NCBI GenBank assembly: GCA_010405405.1
Contig: MU004231.1
Coordinates: 352,991 to 416,990 of the forward strand
Length of the DNA: 64,000 nucleotides
Source: Microthyrium microscopicum
Lineage: Eukaryota
Reading direction: 5' to 3'
Shown: positions 52,473 to 64,000 of the stretch, in pieces
How the letters are laid out: each line of letters opens with the position of its first letter
Numbering within the stretch: position 1 is the stretch's first letter
Program-made: the position numbers and the translations under genes
Notes under the pieces: generated by a model
What the model was told of the DNA's origin: nothing
Databases searched by the model: none
The model's input: the letters and a program-made list of their open reading frames with translations, nothing else

Positions 52473-55400
52473 ATGCTATTTATAAAGACGAAAAGAATAC
52501 TAAAAGCGCTTCTAAGCTTTAAAAAGAAGCCTATAAATAGGCAAACTAATAATAGGGAACGTTTTTCTAATTATTACAAAAGCTAAGAGATATAATACCC
52601 TCTATTACTATACGACCTAGACGAGATAGAGCTAAAAGAACTTAATAAACGTACTAGGAGGATATTTAGAATAAAACTAGAAACTATCTATAAGATAATT
52701 AATATCTTAACTTAAAGTAAAAGTTATTTAAAGAAACAGCCTAGCGTATTAAAAAGTACTTTAAAATAATTCTATCTAGACATTAAGTTAAAAGAAGCCT
52801 AAATTTAAGCCTTTTATATATTAATTTATAATAGTAGGGATATACTTTTAATAGCTAAAACTAGGTTTAGCAAAAGCTTAATCCTATATACCTATAATAC
52901 TTTAACTAGTAAGATTATACTCTAAATTATTCCTCTTAATAGACTTAGGAAAGACTAGTATAATAGTATTAAGAACATAGAAGAATATACTTCTTATCTA
53001 CTAATAAGGGATTCTAAAGAGAAAATTTAATATCTTACTTATAGGATAAGGAGAAGAGACTTTAGTTATATTCTTTTATTACTAAAGCTAGTATTATCTC
53101 TAGACTTCTAAAAACTTCTAAAGGATGTAGAGTTTTAGTAAAGAATTAAATATATTACTATTAATAAGTATTATCTTGTCTATTAGTAGTATAACTTTTA
53201 AACAAAGTTTACTATAATTAGCAAGCTTAGAGTAATATTACTATAGAATATCGTCTAGTTTAGATATACTAGTATATTAAGTTAATTAGCGTAGGAAATA
53301 GTTCTTTAGCTTAGTAGCTTTTAATAGTTAGGTTAATATTAGCAATAAACTACTCTATTAAGAATAAGTATTAATTGTCTAAATCTTTCTATTATTATAC
53401 GCTTTATTAAGAAAGGTAAGCTTACTTCTTTTAATAATCTTTATAATATTTTATAGTACGCGTTTTAATAAGTATATAAAACTACTACCTTAGTAGATAA
53501 GAATTACTATAAAGTAACTACTAGCTAATAAAAAGTTTAACGCTAGGACGTATAGTTTAATAATAAGTATAGTACTAGTATAGATATAGTAAGTCCTAGA
53601 TCTAATCTTTATTCTATAAAGAATAAGGATAATACTAATAGTAAACGTTTAGGTAAAGAAGATATTAATATTAATAGTTCTAGCTAACATCCTAAACTTA
53701 AGTATAAGTATATACGTAAACGCTCTAACTATAAGATTAAAGTTAGTAGTCTATCTAAGATACTAAAGATAATTATCTTTATTAATAGTATCTTTAGTAT
53801 CTAAACTATACTTATATACCTTTACTATTTACTAATTATACTTACTTCTTATCTTCCTAATAGTTACCCTAAGAAGTACTTACGTAATTTAAAAGCTAGA
53901 GTATTTTATGTTAATAAGATTATTAAGGAGTATACGTCTTAGTTATCTAAGTATAATCAAAATTACTATTATACTACTTTTTATAAACCTAACTCTAAGA
54001 TTTAAATTATAGTAGTAATAACTTATCTTAAGCTTAGCTACTATATTCCTAGTATTATGCTTATTATTATTTAGAAAATACTAATTAGTTATAATATACT
54101 AAATCTCTAGTAGTATACTAGTTATAGCGCGTAAAGTAAAGATAACTATAGTATAGTTAAAATTTAGCTCCTATATTACTTATATAATAAATATATAAAA
54201 GAATAACCTATTTAGGATATACCTAAGCTTAGTATAGCTATAACGCGCTAGTAGAAGACTACTACGCGTTATATACTTTTATTATATTACGCTATATAAT
54301 AATAATATTAGTCTTAGTAAGCTCTTTTCTAGTAAGCTTTATTATATCCTCTATTATAAGTATAGATACTAGGCAATATATTAGATATTAGCGAAAATAG
54401 CCTTACTAATATAGAATAAGAATCTACTAAACTAGAATCTTTTGTAGCTAGTTCATCTTAGGCTAGACTTTTAACCTAGAATATAGTAAGGAAGCAAAAG
54501 AAGTTAAAGAAGATAAAGTTCTTTTCTAAACCTAAGACTAAGTAATAAGTAAAAATACCCTAAGAGTTCTATAATTTAGTAAACGCTAATTATATCTACG
54601 TTATAATTTAGAAGTTTCTTAGTAAAGATTAAATACTATTTTTACTAGCTTAGGATCTACTACTTTACTATAATAGATATAACCTAGCCCTATTACTTCT
54701 AAAGATTACTCCTTATAAAGACAAATTAGCTAAACTAAAACCTTTAGCTCTTAATAGTTATAGCTAGTTTACTTTAGAAAAGATTATAGCTTAAGTATAA
54801 GACTAGATATAAAGATTATATCTACTCTCTACTATATCTAAGTATAGTATATTATCTTTTATAGTACTAAGCTATTATACTTAATAGTAGTTAGTTTATA
54901 TCTTCTTTAGTATTACTAAGCTTAGTAACTTACTATCCTTAATAAAATAGGATTAGTTAAAGAGTTAAGTAACTCTTCTTTATAACTAGGATGAATATAA
55001 TAATTATAGTATAGACCTACTTAAAAAGCTTAAGGTATTAGCTATTCTAGTACTTATAAGGTTTACTAAACTTAAGTAATAGAGGCAAGAACGTAAGAAA
55101 TAAAAAGAGGTAATAAAAAGCTAAAGCGTATCTTAATCTACTAATTAATAAGTAATTAAGATTAACTTAGCTAAGGATACTAATAAGGCTATTAGATAGT
55201 AGCAAGAAGCTAATTATACTAATATTAAGGCTTATTTTAAAGCTATAGCATATAAATAAGATAAAAAATAGCATTACTAAAGTAGCTTACTATCTTAGAT
55301 AATAAGTATATCTAGTACTACGTTAATATCTAGTTTAGCTTTAAGACTATTAGCCTCTTCTCTAGCTCTTAAGCCTTCTTATTACTATACGTTATAGGCT

Positions 55401-55700
55401 ATAGTTAATACTATAATTCTTAAGAATTCTAAGCTAAGTAGTCCTATATCTCTACTTACTAGCAAAACTATACGTTATAGTACTCTTATAGAGTTACCTA
55501 TTAGCTTAACCTAGGCTAGAGCTAGTAAGTAAGTAAAAGATACTTTAAGTATACTACCTAGTTATAAAAGAGCTACTTAGTTACTAAGTATCGCTAGTAT
55601 TAAATAAGTAGAGAAGAGAGCTTAATAGGGAACTATTAGGTTAAGCTATATCTAGAAAACGCATATTAGGCATTTATTAATTCTTATAGAAAAGGAAAAG
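52473..55700 (+). pseudogene. RecQ-like superfamily 2 helicase, RIP-inactivated
   Basis: De-RIPed motifs: LLIAKTGFGKSL (52854-52880), IIPL, IDECHL (53160-53177), WFGCTSTL, RTSVDRPNL, IVVATTCLGLG, LWQRAGRGAR (~54105-54134), CCNRCNP Zn site (~54668-54688). Start and end are approximate. Confidence 0.85.
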
Positions 55701-58700
55701 TATAATACTATCTTTCCTAACTAATTATTACTTTAACTTAGTATGTCTTTTAATACTAGTACGTAGAGTTCTATGCTCCTAGTAGGCTATCTACTCTATA
55801 TCTAATATTAGTAAAATGCTACCCTCTAATTAGTTAATATTAACTAAGATCTTCTAAGATTAAATTAGATTATTCTACAAATTTAAATATATTATAACAA
55901 TACTAAACTTCTACTATCTAAGTATATTATTTCTAGCAAAGTTAGATAGGATAGTATATAGCTATAGGCTTACTAATAATAAGACTATATTCTATTATTA
56001 TACTATTAATAGAAGCTATATATACTAATAACTTTTACTATATTTTTAGCAAAAGTATAATTATAGAATAAGTTATTATATGCTTCTCTTATTAAAGCTT
56101 TTAGTTAATATACTATCTACTAGTATAGCTATCCCTTAGTATAACGCTATTACTTTATAGTATTTAAAGCGCATAAGAAGATATATTTACTTCTCTCTTT
56201 AAAGGTCTTATTATAATATTAGTAGCCTTCTATCTATTATAGTATATTACTCTTAGTATTATATCTTACTACGTCTAAGTAAAGATTAAATTTCTATATA
56301 AAGTAATAGCTTAAGATAGCAAGCTAAGTATAGTTACTACTTACTTAACTTAATCCTTATAGCACGTAAAAGGAACTAACTACTATATAGTAATATTGTT
56401 AATATTAGTGCCTATAGAAAAGAAGTTAGTAAGCTAAAAGATAAGAAGTAAATATAGCCTACTATAGTGCCTATTTAAACTAGTTAAGACTAGAGCCTAA
56501 TAAGTATTTAATTATATCTATCGCTCTAGATCCTTTATATTTCTTCTTTATACCTTTACTCTATATTTAAGCTTTATAAAGCTTTGCTTTATAGAGATAT
56601 TTAGTAAGTTTAACGTTAATATTAACGTTATATACTATATTATTTATACGCCTTTCTATGCGTAGTTTTAAGTTACTTTACTTACTTAGTAACCTCTAGT
56701 TAGCGTGCGTATAAGGCTATTTAGGTTTATTTCTAAGTTTAACTCTTAGACTAATTCTTACACTTCTTTAGGCCTAATTATTATCTTTATAGTACTAATA
56801 TTAAATCTCTAGTTACTACTTCTAAGTTTATAGCGCTAGATTTAAAATCGTATTTACTACTTCTTAGCAGCTTAGTAGCCTAGAAAATTAGGTCCTTATT
56901 TATACGTATTTAGTCTAATATTCTTTACTTATTTATTAAGCCTTATATTAAGAGAGTTCCTTAAGTTAATCTATATTTACCTAATAAGCTTTAAGTAAAC
57001 TATTATTTTAAACACTACCTATTCTAAGCTTATTATAGCTTATCTTTATAGGCTTATAAGTAGCTAGTAAGTAGTTAATATTTAATAGATAATACTACGT
57101 AAATCTTGCTAACTTGCTTATAAATAAGTAATAATATAGTTACTAATTTTATAGGTTTAATCCTAGTCTTATAGCGCAAGATTTTAGTTACTAAATCTAG
57201 ATAACTTTAGTTTATATAGTAGAGACTATCTTCTAAAATTTATATTACGTGCTATTAGACTAGGTTAGACTTCTTCTATTCTAAGGCTTAGAAGTAGACT
57301 ATATAGTAGCTATTTATTCTACGCCTTATAGTAGTAGTATTATTATAGCTTTTAGTAAGTTAATCTCATTCTATAATATCTAATTCTAAGATTAATAGTA
57401 AGCACTTTAGATTTTTATAATACCTCTAATACTTATAGAATAAACCTATAGACCTCTTATATCTTTAAGAGATCTATTCTATTATAAGGCTATCGTAATT
57501 AAGCTACCTTATAATATCTACTATCTTGCGTTATTAACGCTCCTATAGTAAATAGGCTTTTACAAAGATATTCTAGTATATAATTAACTAATATTTTTAT
57601 AGAACTTTATATAATTTATTAGAACTTTATACTTTAGGAAAGAATAATAAGATATTATCCTTAGGAATAGTTTTAATAGGAAATAATAGCTTAAACTAAC
57701 TAGGCTTTATTTTTATAAGAGTATAGATTAAATAGGAGTATTACTATAATAAAACCTTCCCTTGCCCTATATTTTAAAGCTCTTTAATAATATATATATT
57801 AGCTTTATATACCCTTTATAAACGTTAGCTTTCTATTAGACTTTTAAAGATGCCTTAATATTACTAGCCTTTAGTATATTTAGTATACTATAATATGCTA
57901 TATATTTATACTAACCTATTTAAATATAATTTTAAGGGTAAAAAAAAGATATATAGCCTAAAGGCCTACATAGTAATTATTATAGAATCTAGAATAGTCT
58001 ATTAATAAGAGATATATTTATACTATAATAAGTACATAGACCTCCTAAGTACTTTTCCTAATGCTAATAAGTATATTCCTTTACTTTTAAATTATAAATA
58101 ATAATATTAATAATATTATAGTAATAATAATTAAGAAGAATAGGTAGTAGTCTAGGGCTTACTATCCTTAAATCTACCTACTCTTCTCTTCTCTTCTCTA
58201 CTATCGCTACTACTACTATAGTAGTCTTCTTGCGTAGTTACGCCTCTAGGTGTAATTTAATAACTATTATTATCTAAGCTTAAGCTCTTAAATAAGCGTA
58301 GATACCTTACTTTATCTACTTTCTTATATTCTTTTAAGCAAAAGTCCTTAGCGTTACCTACTAATTTTAATAGCGATTTATTTACTTTATAAGAGAAGGA
58401 TTTACTTACCTTTAAAAAGGCTCCTCCTACTATAGAAAAGGAGGATTTATATATATAGAATAAGGATAAAGATAATACGCTAGTCTATAATAATAATTAT
58501 AATAATAATAATAGTTACGATTTATTTATACCTTCTTAGTCTTCTTCTTCTCTCTACTCTTAAGAAAGCTCTACTACTCCTTTTACTAAGACGCCTTAGG
58601 GCTCTTTTCCTCCTTTTTCTTTTTCTCTTTAGTTAGCTAGTATACTATATTTTAGTAAAGTTTTTTCTTACGCTATAAACTTCTTTACTACGCATACTAT

Positions 58701-59299
58701 TATACTATCTTCTTTTAACCTATTATCTCCTATTGCCTTAATTTCTTCTACTAGTATTTATAATAGCACTACCTATATAGACTTTAATAAGGAAGTTAAA
58801 GCTATAAAAGCTTTACTTATAGCTTATATAGTAGCTACTATTATAAAGGCCTCCTCTTTAGGCTTAATTAGGTCTTTTAACTTAAAGGCTATAGCTATTA
58901 CTAAGGCCTACGGTTTAGTTAAGAAAATCTCTTAGTATTTTTATAAGAGTAGTAATGTTTTAAATTACTCTCTCGTACTAGATTATTTCTAGTTAGTAAC
59001 TATTAACTAGTAAGAGGCTATATTACTTAACTAGAAGCATAAGGTGACTTATATTAGTTATATAGAAGAGATAGATACTAGTAAGACTTTTACTAGTAAT
59101 AATGCTTATAAGCGTTGCTAGCTTAAGAGTTATATATACTAAGTATATATTTTAGAGGTAAGAAATATTCTTAAAAAACCTAGGTTCTAGTATTTATAAT
59201 ACTATGTAGCAAAGCCGCTAAAGGATAGTTATAGTATAGTTAGACTTATAAATATACTAACTAGGAAGAAGAGAGCGTTAGGAAGATTACTAAAGGAAT

Positions 59300-62200
59300 A
59301 TAGAGAGTTTATAGTAATTTTACCTATTAGTAGAGGTTTAGCTAGTATGTTAACTTAAATAGTAATAGGTATAGTATAGTAAAAGATAGTATTTTAATAT
59401 ACTTTATACGTAATAATAATAACTACCTAAGTATATTTTATTCTTTACGATTAATAGTTTAATCTAGCTTTATAGGTTTATAAGACTCTACTAAATAACT
59501 ATAAATATCTAGTATAGCTTAATATCGTAAGATACGTCTTAATACGCTTTATTTTCGTAAAATAAGGTTTAACTTAGCTCTACAAGCTTAGTCTAGCTTC
59601 TTCTAAATAGCTATAGGTTTTAAGGCAGCCCTAATTATAAGACTCTATATCCTATATAATTATAATAAATAAAACTATTATAATTATATAAACTTAGTTC
59701 TTATTCTTATTATAATCGTTTAACTATAACTATTAGTATTTAATACTATATATAGATTAATTTAGGAGGTAAAGTAGCTATACTTCATTATAGTTAGAAA
59801 AGTTATTATATACTTAAAGTTAAGGAATATAATACGATTAAAGTACTAATATAAAGATTTAATAAAATTAATATAAATTTAATAAGATAAAGTTAGGAAA
59901 AGAGGCTATAAATACTAATTAATTAGATATACGCTTTTCTATTAGTTAATATCTTTTAATATATCCTAAGAAAATTAACTTAGTATCCTTAGCTTTAATT
60001 ATATAGCTCCTACTCTTAATAGTTTAGCTTTAGAAGAGCTACTATTATATTTACTATACATCCTCTATAATACTAATACTACTATTCTTATTTGCTAGAC
60101 TTTAGCTAAGTCTTTCTATTATAGAGATAGCACTTCTAATACTAATTTAGTCTATTTATTACTAGCTACTTATTACTATTAACTAAGAGATTACTAGATA
60201 GGCTCTACGTACTTACTATATATTAATATTAAATTATAGAATTAGATAAGTAAGTTCCTTAATACTTATTAAGTTATTACTTATATTAGATACTTATATT
60301 TATTATCTTACCTTCCTTAAAACCCTTACTCTCGTTATACCTTACTTTATATTAGTAGAAGGTAACTTCTTCTTATAGAGATTACTATCTATTAGAACTA
60401 TAATTTCCTTACCTTTTTCTATATATTTAGTTGCTATAATAGCTAATATTAATACTCTAGCCATAATTACTAACTATCGTTACTCTTAGCTATTCTAGTC
60501 TACGTCCTTCTATTAATACTACGAGTTCCTAGCTTCTATATACTCTTTTAATATTACTAATGCCTATACTTACTACTATTACTACAAAAAGATAACTATT
60601 TTTATAGATATTATTGCTATTTATAGTATATTAATTATAAGGTTTCTTTAGAATATTACGCTAGTAAAGGCTATTATGTTATATAATAATAGTTATATAG
60701 TTATTTACTATTTTAGCTTAGGTTATATTATAATCTATAGCTACGCTAATTGCTCTTACTTATTTCTTACTAAGTAGGTAGCTATTTAATTAAGTTATTA
60801 TCTATAAAACTCTTCTACTTATCTATACCTCTATTACTTCTTTATACTACTCTTTAACTCTCTATTAGAGTTCCTTACTCCTTTTAAGAGTAAGGACTTC
60901 TTTATCTTTATTTACTTTAATTACTTATACTACCTACTATATATTATAATAGTATCTTATATTTAGCCTTATATTAAAAGACTATAAGTTCTACTATGCT
61001 ATATCTATTTAAGAACTAACCTTATTTACCTAGTGCTATTAACGTAGACTCTTGTCTACTAACCTTTAAAGTAAGGATCTCTTATTTTTTATAATTTACT
61101 ATTACTTAGCGCTTCTTTCTACTACTCGCGCTAGGAGAGGCAATTCTATTTTAGTCTTTAGCTATCTATTAGCTTAGTAATAAGAAAGCTATAAGTTCTA
61201 TCCTATAATTATATTCTAATAACTTATACTTCTATTTAGCTCTATAGATATATACTTGCGTGTATTTATACTTTTCTAGCTACTTAAACTACCTAATAAA
61301 TTAGTCTTTAGTCTTTATAATTTTAGAAGAGAAGCTATTAATATTATTAGTTTATAGTTATTATCTAATTACGCTACCTAGGTAATAACGTAGGACTTAC
61401 TAAGAACCTCTTAACCTTTAAATCTTAATATAACTTTAAACTATAATAATAACTTTAAGTACTATACTCCTAATAACTAACCTATAATTTAAATTACGTC
61501 TATTATTAGTACTATACCTAGCCTCTACTTCTAGGTTTACTTCTACGTACTTCTTATCGTTTAGAGTATTTAGTAATTCTATAAGTAGAACTTCTTCCCC
61601 TACGTAGTATAGTCTAAGTCTTAGACTAAAGCTAATTTTAATTAGCGTAGTTTTATTCTTATAGCACTTATATTATATTATTATACTATCTTTATATTAG
61701 GCTAAGAGAGAAAGTATTAAGAGATACTTATACGTATATAATATTAAGCTAACGTTAATACGCGACGTCTTTTTAGTTAGATTAACTTACCCTTTTAGCT
61801 CTCTACTATAATAGCTATTTATATTACGCTTAGATTAAAGGATAATAGCTTACTCCCTACTTAGTAATAAGTAATGATATAAAATCTAGGTAGATAGTTA
61901 GTTCGCTAGGGACTAAATAATAGTTAGTATGCTTAAATTAATTTCTACTACCCTTTAACTTATTATATCTTCTAAGTCTTAGTCTAAATTATAAACATAA
62001 GTATATATTCTTCTAATTATAAATTATTTTACTAATCTTTAGTTAAGACCTAAGCTTATAGTAACTCTAGGTAGTTCCTCTCTATCTAAATAATTTTCTC
62101 GTAGGAAGTAATAACCTATTTCGTATATATATAATTAGAAAGTCTAGTATCCTATACCTAATAATAGACTTATTCTCTTAAATCTTTTAATAGTTTAGTG

Positions 62201-64000
62201 CTAAGATTGCTAGTATCTTTATTAAAGCTATAGTCTTATATAGTTATAAGAAATACTATATAGCTAATTAAAAATATACCTAATGCCTATCCTATTACTT
62301 AATAGTAGTTCCTTATTCTTAGTCCTAAATTGACTAGCTAGTAATAATAAGGTGCGTTAACTTCCCTAGATATTAAAATAGTTAATATACGTACTATATA
62401 TAGAATAGCGTATACTATAGTTTTAAAGACGTTATTCCTTATCTACTTGTCTTAAGAAATAAAGAATAGATTTATAGTACTACGCTACCTAGATTAGTTC
62501 TAATAATTAATACTAGCCTCTTATTGCTAATATTTTACGCTCTTTTCCTTAATATAGCTAATCTTCTAGCTATACTTAACCTACGAGGAAGTATATAGTT
62601 ATAATTATTAGACGTAATTATAGTTAGATAATATCTACTAGCTCTAGCTACCATTAATATTTAGTAGCTCTAGATTTAGCTTTAGTTTAGTTACTAAGAG
62701 TAATATAAGTAGGAGGTAATAACTAACAAGATTCTATATAATAGTACTTTAAAGGCTTTACTTACTTATTAATTATAGCTAAGGAAGATAATACTAGCTT
62801 ATAAACTTAAATCTTTCTAATATTATTCTTTATAATTATAACATCGTTAAATATATTAAATCTCTATATTATTGTCTAATATAATTATATAGTTTTAGAC
62901 TTTAACGAAGCGCTATATCTTATATAATAATATAAAGCAAATAGTAATAAGATTATATATAGTTTATACGTAAGAATATACTATAGGATGTCTTTATCTA
63001 AAGAAAGCTAAGATTTCTATAATCTATAGCTACTAAACTATAAGAGATATTATTAACTTAATAGAGATAAATAATGTATTAACTAAAGTAAAGAATAGGC
63101 CTTATAAATTATACTCTTTAATTCTACTATCTAGTTATTATAAATAATTACTAAAAGTAATTTTAACTAATATAGCTCTTTTACTAAGAAGTGCTACTTA
63201 AAAAGAGATTCTATATAATTACTACTAATATTAGTTAGATAAGATACCCTCTATAGTAGTAATTCTAAATAGTAAGTAATACTAAGTATAGATTCTATAT
63301 TATTATCCTTAATATTTAAAGGTTAATATAGTATGCAAACTATAGCTTCTAATAAGAGGTATTGCTACTTTTATATTTCGCGTTATTACTTCTAATATTT
63401 AGTAACTAATAAAGAATTTAACGATTAGGCTTTTAATAAATATATTACTAGTAGCGTATTTTATAAAATTACTACTAGTATTAAGACATTAATAAGATAT
63501 TTAGTAAAGGAACTTTATATAGAAGTACTACTAGATATATATTTTATATAATTATTACTAACTTCTAGAAATTAATAGAATATTTAGTAAGCGGTCTAAA
63601 AGAGGCAATAAGCTAGCTAGTAATTAAACGCAGTTAGCATTAATATAAGAGATAATAGTTAACTTAATAATTAATCTTATATATAGCTAGTAGCTAGCTA
63701 GTAGTTAAGGATAGTACCTATTATAGATTTATTATTTTGCTAATAGAGATATATAAATTAATACTATAATAGGCTTCTTATATATAACGTAGTAATACTA
63801 ATTATCTAGATAATAAAGCTCTTATTTTAGAGTATAAGGTATTCCTAAATTAGATATATAGTAGGTTAGAAGGATATATAGTAGGCTAAAGAGAGGAGAT
63901 AGTTCATTTCTATTTAATTAATTTATAAAAGGAGTTAGCAAAGTAATCTAGTCCTTTTATAGTAAGGATATTCTACGTTATAATTATACTAATAGTAAAT
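59300..64000. repeat. Unassigned RIP-degraded repetitive DNA
   Basis: Very AT-rich, TpA excess with CpA/TpG nearly absent, no ORF of 60 aa or more; I could not recognise domain motifs. Confidence 0.75.

Larger units (their letters stand above)
51738..59300. mobile_element. RIP-degraded DNA transposon with RecQ-like helicase and convergent transposase-like gene (AcademH-like)
   Basis: Sharp GC-to-AT boundary near TAGTCACG at 51738; plus-strand helicase motifs; minus-strand (G)DQLT...LEW......WH remnant at ~57245-57370. The right end was not located. Confidence 0.6.

Noticed and set aside
52473..55700. Helicase as host SGS1 or a telomere-linked helicase
   Set aside because: Heavy RIP implies it was multicopy, no (TTAGGG)n array is in the window, and a convergent transposase-like remnant fits a transposon better. 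Not fully excluded.
62608..62620. TTAGACGTAATTA as the RIPed right TIR matching 51738
   Set aside because: Only ~13 bp match after allowing transitions, and the adjacent sequence does not continue the match; likely chance in AT-rich DNA.

Overview
Filamentous ascomycete genomic DNA (probably a Dothideomycete; this is an inference from gene content, short GT-AG introns and isochore structure). A gene-dense, GC-balanced island of about 45 kb (~6.9-51.7 kb, ~21 intron-containing genes) lies between two AT-rich blocks degraded by repeat-induced point mutation (RIP). The left block is a Ty1/copia LTR retrotransposon on the minus strand. Its 171-bp 5' LTR abuts the 3' remnant of a class III aminotransferase gene. 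After manual reversal of RIP changes, its Pol shows four tandem Zn(II)2Cys6-like motifs in frame between integrase and RT, which is the most unusual signal in the window. The right block starts with a RIP-degraded RecQ-like helicase and a convergent transposase-like remnant (AcademH-like), followed by unassigned relics. The island holds housekeeping genes (PSD1, FOL3, NOP15, SMN, SERF, KAP95, ARL1), several secreted proteins, and a compact candidate nitrogen-catabolism cluster. That cluster comprises an isochorismatase-family cysteine hydrolase fused to an allophanate hydrolase-like amidase, an NCS1 permease and a Dal81/TamA-like Zn2Cys6 regulator. Exon boundaries and de-RIP reconstructions were read by eye and are approximate.
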